Part shown: positions 16,925-26,707 of the stretch, one piece after another
How positions within the stretch are numbered: position 1 is the first letter of the stretch
Layout of the letters: every line of letters starts with the position of its first letter
IMG/VR virus record: IMGVR_UViG_3300048592_000242
Coordinates: 1-43,636 of that record
Strand: one strand, 5' to 3'
Length of the DNA: 43,636 nt
From: a virus
Lineage: Duplodnaviria; Caudoviricetes
Made by a program: the position numbers and the translations under genes
Notes under the pieces: generated by a model
Seen by the model: only the letters and a program-made list of their open reading frames with translations
Told to the model about the DNA's origin: nothing
Databases searched by the model: none

Positions 16925-19336
16925 GTGGGGAAACCAGTGACGACCGACCTTCCGGGCTCCGCGCCCCGCACCATCGACTTCGACGGCATCCGTGCCGCCA
17001 ACCCGATCGCCGACGTAGTTTCGAGATACCTGGAACTGACGCGCGCCGGGTCCGAATACAAGGCCCGATGCCCGTTCCACGACGAGCGCACGCCCAGCTT
17101 CTACGTCAACCCCCGAAAAGAAAAAGCCTTCTGCATGGGCTGCGGCTGGCACGGCGACGCCATCGACTTCGTGGCCGAGTTCGAGAACATCAGCGTGGCC
17201 GAGGCTGCGACCCGGCTGGGCGGCGGACACCTGCCCACCGAGCGCCCCGCGCCGGCGCCGTTGCCACCGGACAAGTCCTCGGAATGGACCCCGATCACGC
17301 CGGTCCCGCCCGACGCCCCGCACTACGACCCCGCGCGCACGTTCAATCCCAAGCGCGACAAGACCGTGGCGTACCGGCCGATCGCCACCTGGCCGTACCG
17401 CGACGCCCGCGGCGACCTGCTTGGCTACGTCATCCGGTTTGAGATTGACGGCGCCAAGCTGACCCCGACCATCACGTTCTGCCAGCATGCCGACGGCCGC
17501 CGCGCCTGGTGCGCCCGCCCGTTCCCGACGCCGCGGCCGATCCTGGGGCTCTACGACCTCGCCAAGCGCCCCGCGGCGCCCGTGGTCGTGGTGGAGGGCG
17601 AGAAAGCCCAGCACGCCGCCGCGCAGGGGCTTCCCGGCATGGTCTGCGTGACGTGGCCGGGCGGGACGAACGGGGTCAAGCATGCGGACCTGTCGGCGCT
17701 CGATGGCCGCGACCTGGTGCTGTGGCCGGATGCTGACGCGCCGGGACTGGGCGCCATGCTGGAAATCGCCGGCCGCGTTCAGGCCAGCCGAATTCGCTGG
17801 ATCGACACCGATGGGCTGGCCAAGGGGTTCGACGCGGCTGACGTGCCGGCGGGTGAGATGGTGGCGTTCTGCCGCGCCCGGGTCAGGACCGAGGGGCCGC
17901 GGCAACCTGACCCGCCCGCAAAAGAGAACGGCCCGGCTGGGGAAGGGTCCACGTCAAGCGGGGGAGCGCCGGACGCAGCAGCCAGCCGGGCCGCCAGGGC
18001 GCAGGATAATTCGCCGACGACCGCAGTTGCAACGCTTGACGCCGAGGTGGAACCCGAGCCCGGCCCGGCCGAGCCCGGCCCCACGCCAACGCTGCCCGCC
18101 ACCCAGCAGGGTGAACTGGTCGATCTTCCCCCCACGCCGGCCCCGTCCACAAGCGTTCACGACCGCATGGTGTCCTGGTCGAGCCTGGATCTGGCCATCA
18201 GCGACAAGGGCGTGCCCAACCCGAACATGGACAACGCCGCGCGTCTGCTCGAACGGCACCCGCACATGCAAGGCCGGTTCTGGTATGACGAGTTCCAAGA
18301 TCGGGTCTATTCGACCTGGAACGCCCAGCAGGAACCGGCCGAGTGGTCGGACTCTGACGACGTGCGCCTCGCGCTGTGGATGCAGCGCACGATGGGGATA
18401 GGCCGCATGGCCGTCGGTACGGCCCGTGACGCGGTTACCGCCGTGGCAATGGCCCACCGCCGCAACGAGTGTCGGGAATGGCTGTCCTGCCTTACTTGGG
18501 ACGGCGTGGAGCGTCTGTCGGCCCTGATCCCGGCCGGCTTCGGCGCCGTGTCCAGCGATTACACTGCGGCCGTCGGCCGGTGTTGGCTCGTGTCGATGGT
18601 CGCCCGAGCCCTAACGCCTGGCTGCAAGGTGGACACCATGCCGGTGTTCGAGGGCAACCAGGGGAAGCGCAAGTCTACGGCCCTGCAGGTTCTTGTCGGC
18701 GCCAAGTGGTTCGCCGAGGCGGCCGAGTCGCCCACCTCAAAGGATTTCTTTCAGGCGCTGCAGGGCAAGATGCTGGTCGAGATTGGCGAGATGGACTCGT
18801 TCAGTAAGGCCGAGGTTCACACGATCAAACGGGTCATCTCGTGCCAGACCGACCGCTATCGGGCACCCTACGGTCGCCGCGCAGAGGACCATGCGCGCCA
18901 GGGTGTGTTTGCCGGCACCACGAACCGGGATGACTGGAACCGGGACGAAACCGGCGCGCGGCGCTTCTGGCCGATCACGACCGGCGAGGTGGACTTGGCC
19001 TGGCTGGTGGCCCACCGCGAGCAGTTGTTCGCCGAGGCCGTTGCCCGTTTCCGCCGCGGCGAACCTTGGTGGGACGTGCCCCAAGCCGACGCCGAGCGCG
19101 AGCAAGAAGCGCGCCGGCAGGTGGACGCCTGGGAGGGGGAGATCGCCGAATGGTCGCTCGGGATGCGCGAAACGACCGTCGCCCAGGTGCTGGAAGGGTG
19201 CCTCAAGATCACCCCTGACAAGTGGGACCGTCCGTCGCAGATGCGCGCCGCGGCATGCCTCAAGGTGCTGGGTTGGAACAAGGCCGACGCTTGGCGAGGT
19301 GGCAAGGTTGTCAAGGTTTGGAAGCGGGACGAGTGA
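16925..19336 (+). CDS. Primase-helicase: CHC2 Zn finger + TOPRIM + VirE/VapE-type P-loop ATPase
   Basis: CPFHDERTPSF..FCMGCG; VVEGEK, WPDADAPG; EGNQGKRKST, GTTN, TGARRFWPI; start may be GTG 16937. Confidence 0.92.
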   Translation: MGKPVTTDLPGSAPRTIDFDGIRAANPIADVVSRYLELTRAGSEYKARCPFHDERTPSFYVNPRKEKAFCMGCGWHGDAIDFVAEFENISVAEAATRLGGGHLPTERPAPAPLPPDKSSEWTPITPVPPDAPHYDPARTFNPKRDKTVAYRPIATWPYRDARGDLLGYVIRFEIDGAKLTPTITFCQHADGRRAWCARPFPTPRPILGLYDLAKRPAAPVVVVEGEKAQHAAAQGLPGMVCVTWPGGTNGVKHADLSALDGRDLVLWPDADAPGLGAMLEIAGRVQASRIRWIDTDGLAKGFDAADVPAGEMVAFCRARVRTEGPRQPDPPAKENGPAGEGSTSSGGAPDAAASRAARAQDNSPTTAVATLDAEVEPEPGPAEPGPTPTLPATQQGELVDLPPTPAPSTSVHDRMVSWSSLDLAISDKGVPNPNMDNAARLLERHPHMQGRFWYDEFQDRVYSTWNAQQEPAEWSDSDDVRLALWMQRTMGIGRMAVGTARDAVTAVAMAHRRNECREWLSCLTWDGVERLSALIPAGFGAVSSDYTAAVGRCWLVSMVARALTPGCKVDTMPVFEGNQGKRKSTALQVLVGAKWFAEAAESPTSKDFFQALQGKMLVEIGEMDSFSKAEVHTIKRVISCQTDRYRAPYGRRAEDHARQGVFAGTTNRDDWNRDETGARRFWPITTGEVDLAWLVAHREQLFAEAVARFRRGEPWWDVPQADAEREQEARRQVDAWEGEIAEWSLGMRETTVAQVLEGCLKITPDKWDRPSQMRAAACLKVLGWNKADAWRGGKVVKVWKRDE

Positions 19337-19375
19337 CGACGGTGTGAAATGTTATGCACAGACCGTCAAGTGTTT

Positions 19376-19567
19376 AGGTAGCAAGGTAGCAAGGAAAAAA
19401 ACCATATGTTTCACTACCTTATCTATAATCCTTGCTACCTTGCTACCTTGCTACCTTAAAAGAAGATTATTAGGAATATGCAAAACGCCCCATCCCTCAC
19501 ACACATACGCGCACGCGCGCGAAGGGGCTTTTAGGAAAACAGGTAGCAAGTGGCAAGGGTAGCAAGG
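19376..19567. repeat. Iteron-like 8-bp repeats (GGTAGCAA/TTGCTACC) around AT-rich tracts; probable replication origin
   Basis: aggtagca x2 (19376-19391), ttgctacc x3 (19432-19455), further copies 19541-19567; directly after primase-helicase. Confidence 0.8.
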
Positions 19568-19615
19568 CGGGCATTTTGCAAGGCCACGCCGGACCCCGAC
19601 ATAAACCGTCAAGCG

Positions 19616-19644
19616 TTGCGTCTGCCAACCCGCGCGAATAGGAT
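19616..19644 (+). promoter_or_regulatory. Sigma70-like promoter for the terminase operon
   Basis: TTGCGT-17 nt-TAGGAT, 6 nt before the terS ATG. Confidence 0.55.
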
Positions 19645-19650
19645 TCAGCC

Positions 19651-20112
19651 ATGCCAGCCAAGACCGCCATCACCACCGTCAAGCGAGGCCCAGGCCGCCA
19701 GTCCACGTTCACGCAGGACATGGCTGACCTGATCTGCGACGAACTCGCCAAGGGCGTCCCGCTGGCTGAACTGTGTCGCCGTCAAGGGTCGCCGTGTGTG
19801 CGGACGGTGTACGACTGGGAGGAAGCCCACCCGGAGTTTGCCGCAGCCATCGCGCGGGCGCGCAAGGCCGGTTTCGACTGCATCGCCACCGACACGATCA
19901 CGCTGGCCGACATGCCGCCGGCCTACAAGACCACCGAGGGCGGCCAGTCCATCGACCAGGGCGACGTGGCGAACCGCAAGTTGCAGATCGAAACCCGGCT
20001 CAAGCTGCTGGCTAAGTGGGATCCTCGGCGGTACGGCGACCGCATCGCCCACGAGCATTCGGGCAAGGTCGGGCTGGAATCGCTGGTGGCTGGCGAGCCC
20101 GCGGCCGAGTGA
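19651..20112 (+). CDS. terS: Terminase small subunit
   Basis: GRQSTFTQDMADLICDELAKG, TVYDW, KLQIETRLKLLAKWDPRRYGD; precedes terL. Confidence 0.9.
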   Translation: MPAKTAITTVKRGPGRQSTFTQDMADLICDELAKGVPLAELCRRQGSPCVRTVYDWEEAHPEFAAAIARARKAGFDCIATDTITLADMPPAYKTTEGGQSIDQGDVANRKLQIETRLKLLAKWDPRRYGDRIAHEHSGKVGLESLVAGEPAAE

Positions 20113-21569
20113 GCGAGATCGACCGGGCCAGGGAGCGCATACGCCGCTGGCGCGCTGACCCCGTGGCGTTCGTGGTGGACAACTTCGGCGTGCAGCCCGA
20201 TGAGTGGCAACGCGACGCGCTGGCGCTGGCGGGCGGCGAGCCCAACCCGAAACGACGGCTGGCCATGAAAGCCTGCACTGGCCCAGGCAAGTCGGCGACG
20301 CTGGCCTGGCTGGGCTGGCACCGGCTGGCGTGCTTCGCGTCCAAGGGCGAGCATCCCAAGGGCGCCGCGCTGTCGGTCACGGCCGACAACCTCAAGGACA
20401 ACCTCTGGTCCGAACTGTCCAAGTGGCAGTCACGCTCGCCGTTCCTGATGTCCGCGTTTACCTGGACCAAGGAGAAGATCTACGCGAACGACCACCCGGA
20501 AACCTGGTTTCTGTCGGCGCGCTCGTTCGCCAAGGACGCCAACGCCGAGGCGATTGGCCGCGCGCTGTCGGGCCTGCATTCCCAGTTCCCGTTCATCCTG
20601 CTCGATGAAACAGGCGACATGCCTGTTCCGGTCGGCAAGGCCGCGCTGCAGATATTCACGGGCAACCCGACCGACGCCGCGGTGATTCAGGCCGGCAACC
20701 CGACCTCGAACACGGGGCTGCTGTACGACTCCTGCACGAACGGCTCGTGGCCGGTCATCACCATCACGGCGGACCCGGCCGACCCCAAGCGCACGCCGCG
20801 CGTGTCGGTGGAACACGCCCAGGAGATGATCGACACCTATGGCCGCGACAACCCGTGGGTCATGGCGACGATCCTCGGCCTGTTTCCGCCGGCCGGCTTC
20901 CGGTCGCTGCTCGGCATTGAGGACGTGCTGGCCGCCCAGCGTCGGCACTACACCGAGGACGACTACGGGTTCGCGGCGCGCGTGCTTGGCATCGACGTGG
21001 CGCGTGAGGGCGATGATCGCTCGGTCATCTTCCCGCGGCAGGGACTGGTCGCGTTCCCGCCGATCGTCATGCGAAACGCAAAGTCGCTCGAAGGCGCTGG
21101 CACCGTGGCCACGAAGAAAAAGCAATGGGGTTCGGACGCCGAGTTCATCGACAACACGGGCGGCTTCGGTGGCGGCTGGATCGACCAGCTCAACGTACTG
21201 GGCCATAGCCCGGTCGGCGTTCACTTCGCCGGCAAGGCCAACGACGCGCGGTACGCGAACAAGCGGGCCGAGATGTGGTTCCTGATGGCCGAGTGGGTCA
21301 AGAACGGCGGCGCGCTGCCGCCGATCCCTGAACTGGTGGGCGAGTTGACCACGCCGACCTATTCGTTCAAGGGCGACACGCTGCTGATCGAGCCCAAGGA
21401 GCAGATCAAGGCACGGCTGGGCCGGTCGCCCGACTATGCCGACGCCCTGGCGCTGACGTTCGCGCAGCCTGTCGTGGCCGGGCCGCGCGACGAGGCCGGC
21501 CGGTTCCTTGAGCGCATGGGGCAGTTGGGTTCGCGGGTGCTGACGGAGTACGACCCGTTCAGTCGCTAG
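20109..21569 (+). CDS. terL: Terminase large subunit
   Basis: ACTGPGKS Walker A, ILLDE Walker B, AGNP, GIDVAREGDDRS, SPDYADALALTF. Confidence 0.95.
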   Translation: MSEIDRARERIRRWRADPVAFVVDNFGVQPDEWQRDALALAGGEPNPKRRLAMKACTGPGKSATLAWLGWHRLACFASKGEHPKGAALSVTADNLKDNLWSELSKWQSRSPFLMSAFTWTKEKIYANDHPETWFLSARSFAKDANAEAIGRALSGLHSQFPFILLDETGDMPVPVGKAALQIFTGNPTDAAVIQAGNPTSNTGLLYDSCTNGSWPVITITADPADPKRTPRVSVEHAQEMIDTYGRDNPWVMATILGLFPPAGFRSLLGIEDVLAAQRRHYTEDDYGFAARVLGIDVAREGDDRSVIFPRQGLVAFPPIVMRNAKSLEGAGTVATKKKQWGSDAEFIDNTGGFGGGWIDQLNVLGHSPVGVHFAGKANDARYANKRAEMWFLMAEWVKNGGALPPIPELVGELTTPTYSFKGDTLLIEPKEQIKARLGRSPDYADALALTFAQPVVAGPRDEAGRFLERMGQLGSRVLTEYDPFSR

Positions 21570-21621
21570 GCCAGGCCGCGCCGTGAACCCTTTACGGCAA
21601 ATAGAACAACCCCGACTCCCG

Positions 21622-21651
21622 TTGACGCCGCAACCCCGTTGGCGCAACAAT
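21622..21651 (+). promoter_or_regulatory. Candidate promoter for head genes
   Basis: TTGACG-18 nt-AACAAT with CGCAAC half-sites in the spacer. Confidence 0.4.
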
Positions 21652-21680
21652 GGCGCAACGCGACCCGAGGGAATCCCGGC

Positions 21681-21893
21681 ATGTGCAAGCCCAAGACGCC
21701 CAAGCTGGCCCCCATGCCGATTCCGCCGCCGCCCCAGTCCACTGTGACCGAGGACGAGGCCGTACTGCGAGAGTCGCAGCGCGAACGGCGCCGGGCGGCG
21801 TCCAGGTCAGGCCGAGGTAGCACGATCCTGGCCGGCAACTCGACCGAGGGTATGCCGCCGACGGGGCAGAACAAGGTTCTCTTGGGTACCTGA
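21681..21893 (+). CDS. Small Pro-rich virion protein (positional/sequence analogue of T7 gp6.7)
   Basis: MCKPKTPK..., GRGSTILAG, ends VLLGT; just upstream of portal. Confidence 0.75.
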   Translation: MCKPKTPKLAPMPIPPPPQSTVTEDEAVLRESQRERRRAASRSGRGSTILAGNSTEGMPPTGQNKVLLGT

Positions 21894-21898
21894 CCGAC

Positions 21899-22039
21899 AT
21901 GGCCAATCCGAACCAGATCCCCGCGCACATTCGCGCCCTCGCGTTCGGCGACCCGCCGGCCCGCAATCACCTGTTCATCGGCATCCGGGCCGCGCTGCTG
22001 TCGCCGCCGGGCTCGCTGCTGTCGTTCTTCCGGGCCTGA
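21899..22039 (+). CDS. 46-aa hypothetical protein (not in ORF track)
   Basis: MANPNQIPAH...FFRA exactly fills the gap to the portal gene. Confidence 0.5.
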   Translation: MANPNQIPAHIRALAFGDPPARNHLFIGIRAALLSPPGSLLSFFRA

Positions 22040-22042
22040 CCT

Positions 22043-23803
22043 ATGGCCGACTCCCGCGCCCTGGCCAACAAGAAAGACGACGCGCCGGCTGAACCGCTGT
22101 GCAAGCGCATCGAGCGCCGGCTGGCGCAGATGAAGAACGAGCGCGCGTCATACGAGCCGCACTGGCGCGAGCTTGAGGAAAACTTTGCGCCGCGCACGGG
22201 CCGCTGGCTGCGGGACCAGGCGTTCGCCAACTCCGACCGCGGGCGTAAGCAACACACGAAGATCATCAACTCGACGCCGCTGTTCTGCGTGGACACGCTG
22301 GCCGCGGGCATGACCTCGGGCAACACGTCGCCGGCCCGCCCCTGGTTCCGCCTGACGACGCCAGATCCTGGCCTGGCCGAACTGGGCGCGGTCAAGACGT
22401 GGCTGTATGCGGTGGAGGTGCGCCTTCGGGACGTGTTCAGTCGCTCGAACCTGTACCGCGTGCTTCCCAGCATTTACCGCGACCTCGGCGTGTACGGCAC
22501 GGCCTGCATGCTGGCCATCGAGGACGACGAGGACGTGGTGTCGTTCGACCATCTGGAAATCGGGTCGTACTGGCTGGCCCAGTCGGCGCGCAAGAAGATC
22601 GACGTGATGTACCGCGAGTTCAGCATGACCGTGCGCCAGATGGTGCAGGAGTTCGGGCTGGACAACGTGTCCCTGTCGGTGCGAAACCTCTACAAGAACG
22701 GCCAGTTCGAGGCGTGGCGCCCGGTGCGTCATGCGATCGAGCCCGGCGAGCCCGGCGCGAAAATGGCCTGGCGCTCGGTTTACTGGGAAGTCGGGTCGGA
22801 CAAGACGGAACTGGCCGTGCGCGGGTTCAACACGAACCCGATCCTCGGTGCGCGCTGGACCACCTCGGGCGAGGACATTTACGGTTCGTCGCCGGGCATG
22901 GCTGCGCTGGGCGAGGCGAAGTCGCTGCAGTTCAAGGAGAAGCGCAAGGCTTCGGCCGTGGACAAGGTAGTGGACCCGCCGCTGGTGGGGCCGACCTCGT
23001 TGCGGAATCAGCGCGTGTCGATGCTGCCGGGCGACATCACCTACGTTGATGTGCAGTCTGGCATGCAGGGGCTCAAGTCGGTCCACGATTGGCGCCCCGA
23101 CCTGAACGCGATGCGCGAGGACATCCAGCATTCCGAGTCGCAGCTCAAGCAAATGTTCTACGTCGATCTGTTCCTGATGATGCAGGGCGACACGCGCTCG
23201 AACATCACGGCGCGCGAGATCGAGGAACGGCACGCCGAGAAGATGCTGATGCTCGGCCCGGTCGTGGAGCGCGTGAACGACGAGGTGCTGGATCCGCTGA
23301 TTGACCGCGTGTTCGACATTCTGATTCGCCGGTCCATGCCGTACTGGCAGGGGCTGGTGAACGGCGAGCCCGACCTGCCGCCGCCGCCGCCGGAACTGGC
23401 CGACATCGACCTCAAGGTGGAGTTCATCTCGGTTCTGGCCCAGGCCCAAAAGGCCGTCGGCATCTCGGCGATGGACAACCTCCTGATGTTCGCGGGTCAG
23501 GCGCTGCAGGTGCAGGCTGGCGCGATGCAGGTCGGCGGCGGCGTGGCCGACAAGATCGACTTCGACCAGATGGTGGACGAGCGCGCCGAAATGCTGGGCG
23601 TGTCGCCGCGGATCGTGCGCTCGGACGACGACGTGCAGGCGCTGCGGGCTGAACGCGCGCAGGCCCAGCAGCAGGAAAAGACCCAGGCCGCAGCGATGCA
23701 GATGGCCACGGCCGCGAAGGAACTGGGGCAGGCCAAGCTCGGCGGCCCCGAGGACAAGACCGCGCTGGGCCAGGCGCTTGAAGTCGCCGGGGTCGGCCCG
23801 TGA
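22043..23803 (+). CDS. Portal (head-to-tail connector) protein
   Basis: TLAAGMTSGNTSPARPWFRL, YGSSPG, TAREIEER.AEKMLMLGPVVER, VEFISVLAQAQ. Confidence 0.95.
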   Translation: MADSRALANKKDDAPAEPLCKRIERRLAQMKNERASYEPHWRELEENFAPRTGRWLRDQAFANSDRGRKQHTKIINSTPLFCVDTLAAGMTSGNTSPARPWFRLTTPDPGLAELGAVKTWLYAVEVRLRDVFSRSNLYRVLPSIYRDLGVYGTACMLAIEDDEDVVSFDHLEIGSYWLAQSARKKIDVMYREFSMTVRQMVQEFGLDNVSLSVRNLYKNGQFEAWRPVRHAIEPGEPGAKMAWRSVYWEVGSDKTELAVRGFNTNPILGARWTTSGEDIYGSSPGMAALGEAKSLQFKEKRKASAVDKVVDPPLVGPTSLRNQRVSMLPGDITYVDVQSGMQGLKSVHDWRPDLNAMREDIQHSESQLKQMFYVDLFLMMQGDTRSNITAREIEERHAEKMLMLGPVVERVNDEVLDPLIDRVFDILIRRSMPYWQGLVNGEPDLPPPPPELADIDLKVEFISVLAQAQKAVGISAMDNLLMFAGQALQVQAGAMQVGGGVADKIDFDQMVDERAEMLGVSPRIVRSDDDVQALRAERAQAQQQEKTQAAAMQMATAAKELGQAKLGGPEDKTALGQALEVAGVGP

Positions 23804-24162
23804 CGCGGGCGGCCATGACCCCGGAAGCCGGGCGCCGCGCCGCGCTGCGCGAGCGCATGGCGGCCGAACAGGCGCGGGCGGACCTGCAGTCGGTCATGGG
23901 CTCGGAAGCCGGCCGGCGGTTCATGTGGTCGCTGCTCGGCGACTGCGGCATGTACCGGGCATCGTTCAACAATTCCGGCTCGATCACCGCGTTCAACGAG
24001 GGCCAGCGCGACATCGGCCTGCGGCTCGTGGCCCGGATCACCCAGGAATGCCCCGAGCAGTACCTGGCCATGCAAGGGGAAGCGATCGCGGCAGACCGGA
24101 AGGCATCCGAGAACGCGGAACTTGACGACAACCTGAACAACGGGGAACATGATGATGGCTGA
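23800..24162 (+). CDS. Conserved post-portal protein (BPP-1 Bbp19-like)
   Basis: VMGSEAGRRFMWSLL...AFNEGQRDIGL. Confidence 0.8.
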   Translation: MTRAAMTPEAGRRAALRERMAAEQARADLQSVMGSEAGRRFMWSLLGDCGMYRASFNNSGSITAFNEGQRDIGLRLVARITQECPEQYLAMQGEAIAADRKASENAELDDNLNNGEHDDG

Positions 24163-24853
24163 ACCGACCGACACCGCGACGGACACCACCCCAGCGGCAA
24201 GCACGGACACGGCGGCAAGCGGTACCGGCGAGGCGAACACTGTCCTCGGCGGCGCAACGGCACCTGCCGGCGAAAAGCCGGGCGACGGTGCTGCCACGAC
24301 CACGGACAAGCCCGGCGATCAGGGTGCGGACGGCGGCGACGGGAAGGAAGGCGAGAAGTCGCCCGACAAGCCCGACGACAAGCCCGCAGGAGCGCCGGAG
24401 AAGTACGAACTTGAACTGCCCGAAGGCTTCACGCTTGACGACCAGGTGCTGGCCGAGTTTGACCCCGTGCTGCGGGAACTCAACCTCGACAACGCCCAGG
24501 CGTCCAAGTTGGCGGGGCTGTACGGCAAGCTCAAGCAGTCGGAAGCGGCGGCGTATGGCGAAACGGTGCAGGAGTGGGGCAAGCAATCCGCGGCAGACCC
24601 GGAAATCGGCGGCAAGGCGTTCACCGAGAACGTCGAACTGGCCCGGACCGCGTTGGCCGCACATGGCTCGCCCGAACTCAAGGGGCTGCTGGACTCGACG
24701 GGGCTGGGAAACCATCCCGAGGTGATCCGGTTCTTTGCCCGCGTTGGCAAGACGATTCAGAAAGAAGATGGCGTCGTGAAAGCGGACCGTTCTGGCGGAA
24801 GCCGGGCGAGCGCGGCCTCGGTGCTGTACGACAAAACCCCCTCCAAATCCTGA
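24149..24853 (+). CDS. Capsid scaffolding protein
   Basis: Low-complexity N-terminus, APEKYEL, DPEIGG, GLGNHPEVIRFF, ASVLY; precedes capsid gene. Confidence 0.85.
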   Translation: MMMAEPTDTATDTTPAASTDTAASGTGEANTVLGGATAPAGEKPGDGAATTTDKPGDQGADGGDGKEGEKSPDKPDDKPAGAPEKYELELPEGFTLDDQVLAEFDPVLRELNLDNAQASKLAGLYGKLKQSEAAAYGETVQEWGKQSAADPEIGGKAFTENVELARTALAAHGSPELKGLLDSTGLGNHPEVIRFFARVGKTIQKEDGVVKADRSGGSRASAASVLYDKTPSKS

Positions 24854-24867
24854 TGAGGTAAACGAAA

Positions 24868-25914
24868 ATGGCAACCCTGACCTCGCGCTCCGGCGCCGTC
24901 ACCCTGCTCGACATGGCCAAGGCCGTCGATCCCGAAGGCAAGATCGCCAAGGTGGCGGAACTGCTCTCGCAGACCAACGAAGTCCTGACCGACATGCCCT
25001 GGTTCGAGGGCAACCTGCCGACCGGCCATCGCGGCACCATCCGTACCGGCCTGCCGACCCCGATCTGGCGCAAGCTCTACCAGGGCGTTCCCCCGTCCAA
25101 GTCGCTGCGTGCGACCGTGGACGACGCCTGCGGCATCCTCGAAGATCGCAACGAGATCGACAAGGACGTGGCCGACCTGAACGGCAACTCGGCCGAGTTC
25201 CGGCTCGATGAAGGCCAGGCGACCGTCGAAGGCATCAACCAGGCGATGGCGCAGGCGCTGATCTACGGCGATGCGTCGCTGAACCCGGAGCAGTTCAACG
25301 GCCTGTCGGTGCGCTACAACACCATCAACACCGCGACCTCGGAAGTGGCCAAGAACGTCATCTCGGCCGGCGGCTCGGGCTCCTGCACCTCGGTCTGGCT
25401 GATCGTCTGGGGCCGCAACACGGTCCACGGCATCTACCCGAAGGGCTCGATGGCCGGCCTGGACCACCAGGATCTCGGCGAGATCGACGCCTTCGACGGC
25501 TCGAACAACCGCTACCGCGCGTATGCCGACGTGTGGAAGTGGAAGTGCGGCCTGCACGTCAAGGACTGGCGCTATATCGTCCGCATCGCCAACATCAGCA
25601 TGACCGACCTGCTGGCCCAGGGCACCACGCAGGCCAACACGGCGGCCACCTGGCTCCCGAAGCTGATGGCGAAGGCGCTGGCCCGCATCCCGTTCAAGGG
25701 CATGGGCAAGGCGTGCTTCTACGCTTCGCGGACCGTGAAGGAGATGCTGGCCGTCGGCGCGCTGGACAAGTCGCAGAACGCGCTGGCCATCCAGCCGGCC
25801 ATGAACCAGTACGGCGAGCTGTCGGAAGCCTTCACCCAGACCGACCTCACCTTCCTGGGTGTGCCGATCCGCACCGTGGACCGCATCCTCGAAACCGAAA
25901 CCGCCCTGACCTGA
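24868..25914 (+). CDS. Major capsid protein (BPP-1/epsilon15-type)
   Basis: AELLSQTNEVL.DMPW.EGN, RTGLP, YIVRIANI, FLGVPIR; GAGGT RBS; strong codon bias. Confidence 0.93.
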   Translation: MATLTSRSGAVTLLDMAKAVDPEGKIAKVAELLSQTNEVLTDMPWFEGNLPTGHRGTIRTGLPTPIWRKLYQGVPPSKSLRATVDDACGILEDRNEIDKDVADLNGNSAEFRLDEGQATVEGINQAMAQALIYGDASLNPEQFNGLSVRYNTINTATSEVAKNVISAGGSGSCTSVWLIVWGRNTVHGIYPKGSMAGLDHQDLGEIDAFDGSNNRYRAYADVWKWKCGLHVKDWRYIVRIANISMTDLLAQGTTQANTAATWLPKLMAKALARIPFKGMGKACFYASRTVKEMLAVGALDKSQNALAIQPAMNQYGELSEAFTQTDLTFLGVPIRTVDRILETETALT

Positions 25915-25929
25915 CCCCGGAGAACCAAC

Positions 25930-26415
25930 ATGGCTTACGTTGACCAGCAGATCGAGTTCTCGGACTCGCAGGCGGTGACTTCCACCGCAATTTCCACGAA
26001 CGTCTACGACCTGTTCTCGATGGGTCTTGGCGCCGGCACCACCGATGTCACCCCGAACACGCGCCTGAACATCGGCTCGGGCGAGGACGTGTACCTCGTG
26101 GTGAATACCGCCGTCGCCGCCACCGACTCGGGTTCGGACGCCACCCTGACCGTCACCCTGGAAACGGCGGACAACGAGGCGCTCTCGACCAACGCGCAGG
26201 TCGTGGCCACCTCGGGCACGCTGGCGTTCGCGGCCTTCTCGGTCGCGGGCACGAACCTGCTCAAGATCAAGATCCCGTCGTTCGCGATGCGCCGGTACAT
26301 CGGCATTCGCTACACGGTGGCCTCTGGCCCGCTGACCGCCGGCAACTTCGACGCGTTCATCACGAACACCGTCGATGACCAGCGCATCTACAAGTCGGGC
26401 TTCACCGTCCAGTGA
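25930..26415 (+). CDS. Capsid cement/decoration protein (Bbp16-like)
   Basis: D...FSDSQAVTSTAISTNVYDL, RYIGIRYTV, TAGNFDAFI; follows capsid gene. Confidence 0.85.
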   Translation: MAYVDQQIEFSDSQAVTSTAISTNVYDLFSMGLGAGTTDVTPNTRLNIGSGEDVYLVVNTAVAATDSGSDATLTVTLETADNEALSTNAQVVATSGTLAFAAFSVAGTNLLKIKIPSFAMRRYIGIRYTVASGPLTAGNFDAFITNTVDDQRIYKSGFTVQ

Positions 26416-26421
26416 CCTACT

Positions 26422-26452
26422 GGGGCGGGCTGGGAAACTGGCCCGCCCCTTC
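26422..26452 (+). terminator. Intrinsic terminator-like hairpin after capsid genes
   Basis: ggggcgggc-tgggaaactg-gcccgcccc-ttt. Confidence 0.7.
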
Positions 26453-26467
26453 TACGCGAGGTGATGT

Positions 26468-26704
26468 ATGGCAAAGGTAGTTGCACTCGAGCCCGGTCAC
26501 GACGGGCGGGTTTACCGGCAGGCGGGCGAGGTGTTCGACGTGCCCGATGCGCGGCTCAAGGACGGCTCCGGCTGGTTCGTGGAGGTGGACAAGGCTCCGC
26601 CCCCGGCCGCGGCCAAGAAGAACAAGCTGCCGCCTGGCGCCGGCCCGCTGAAAGGCTCGGCGATCCGTGACCCGGAGCCGGACTCGGATGCTGGCGTGAT
26701 CTGA
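26468..26704 (+). CDS. Small head-associated hypothetical protein
   Basis: GAGGTG RBS; YRQAGEVFDV motif. Confidence 0.75.
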   Translation: MAKVVALEPGHDGRVYRQAGEVFDVPDARLKDGSGWFVEVDKAPPPAAAKKNKLPPGAGPLKGSAIRDPEPDSDAGVI

Positions 26705-26707
26705 TTT

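Noticed and set aside
17900-18160. Insertion element in the primase
   Set aside because: Pro/Ala-rich low-complexity sequence consistent with an interdomain linker
19376-19567. CRISPR array
   Set aside because: Units are 8 bp, tandem and inverted, with no unique spacers and no cas genes
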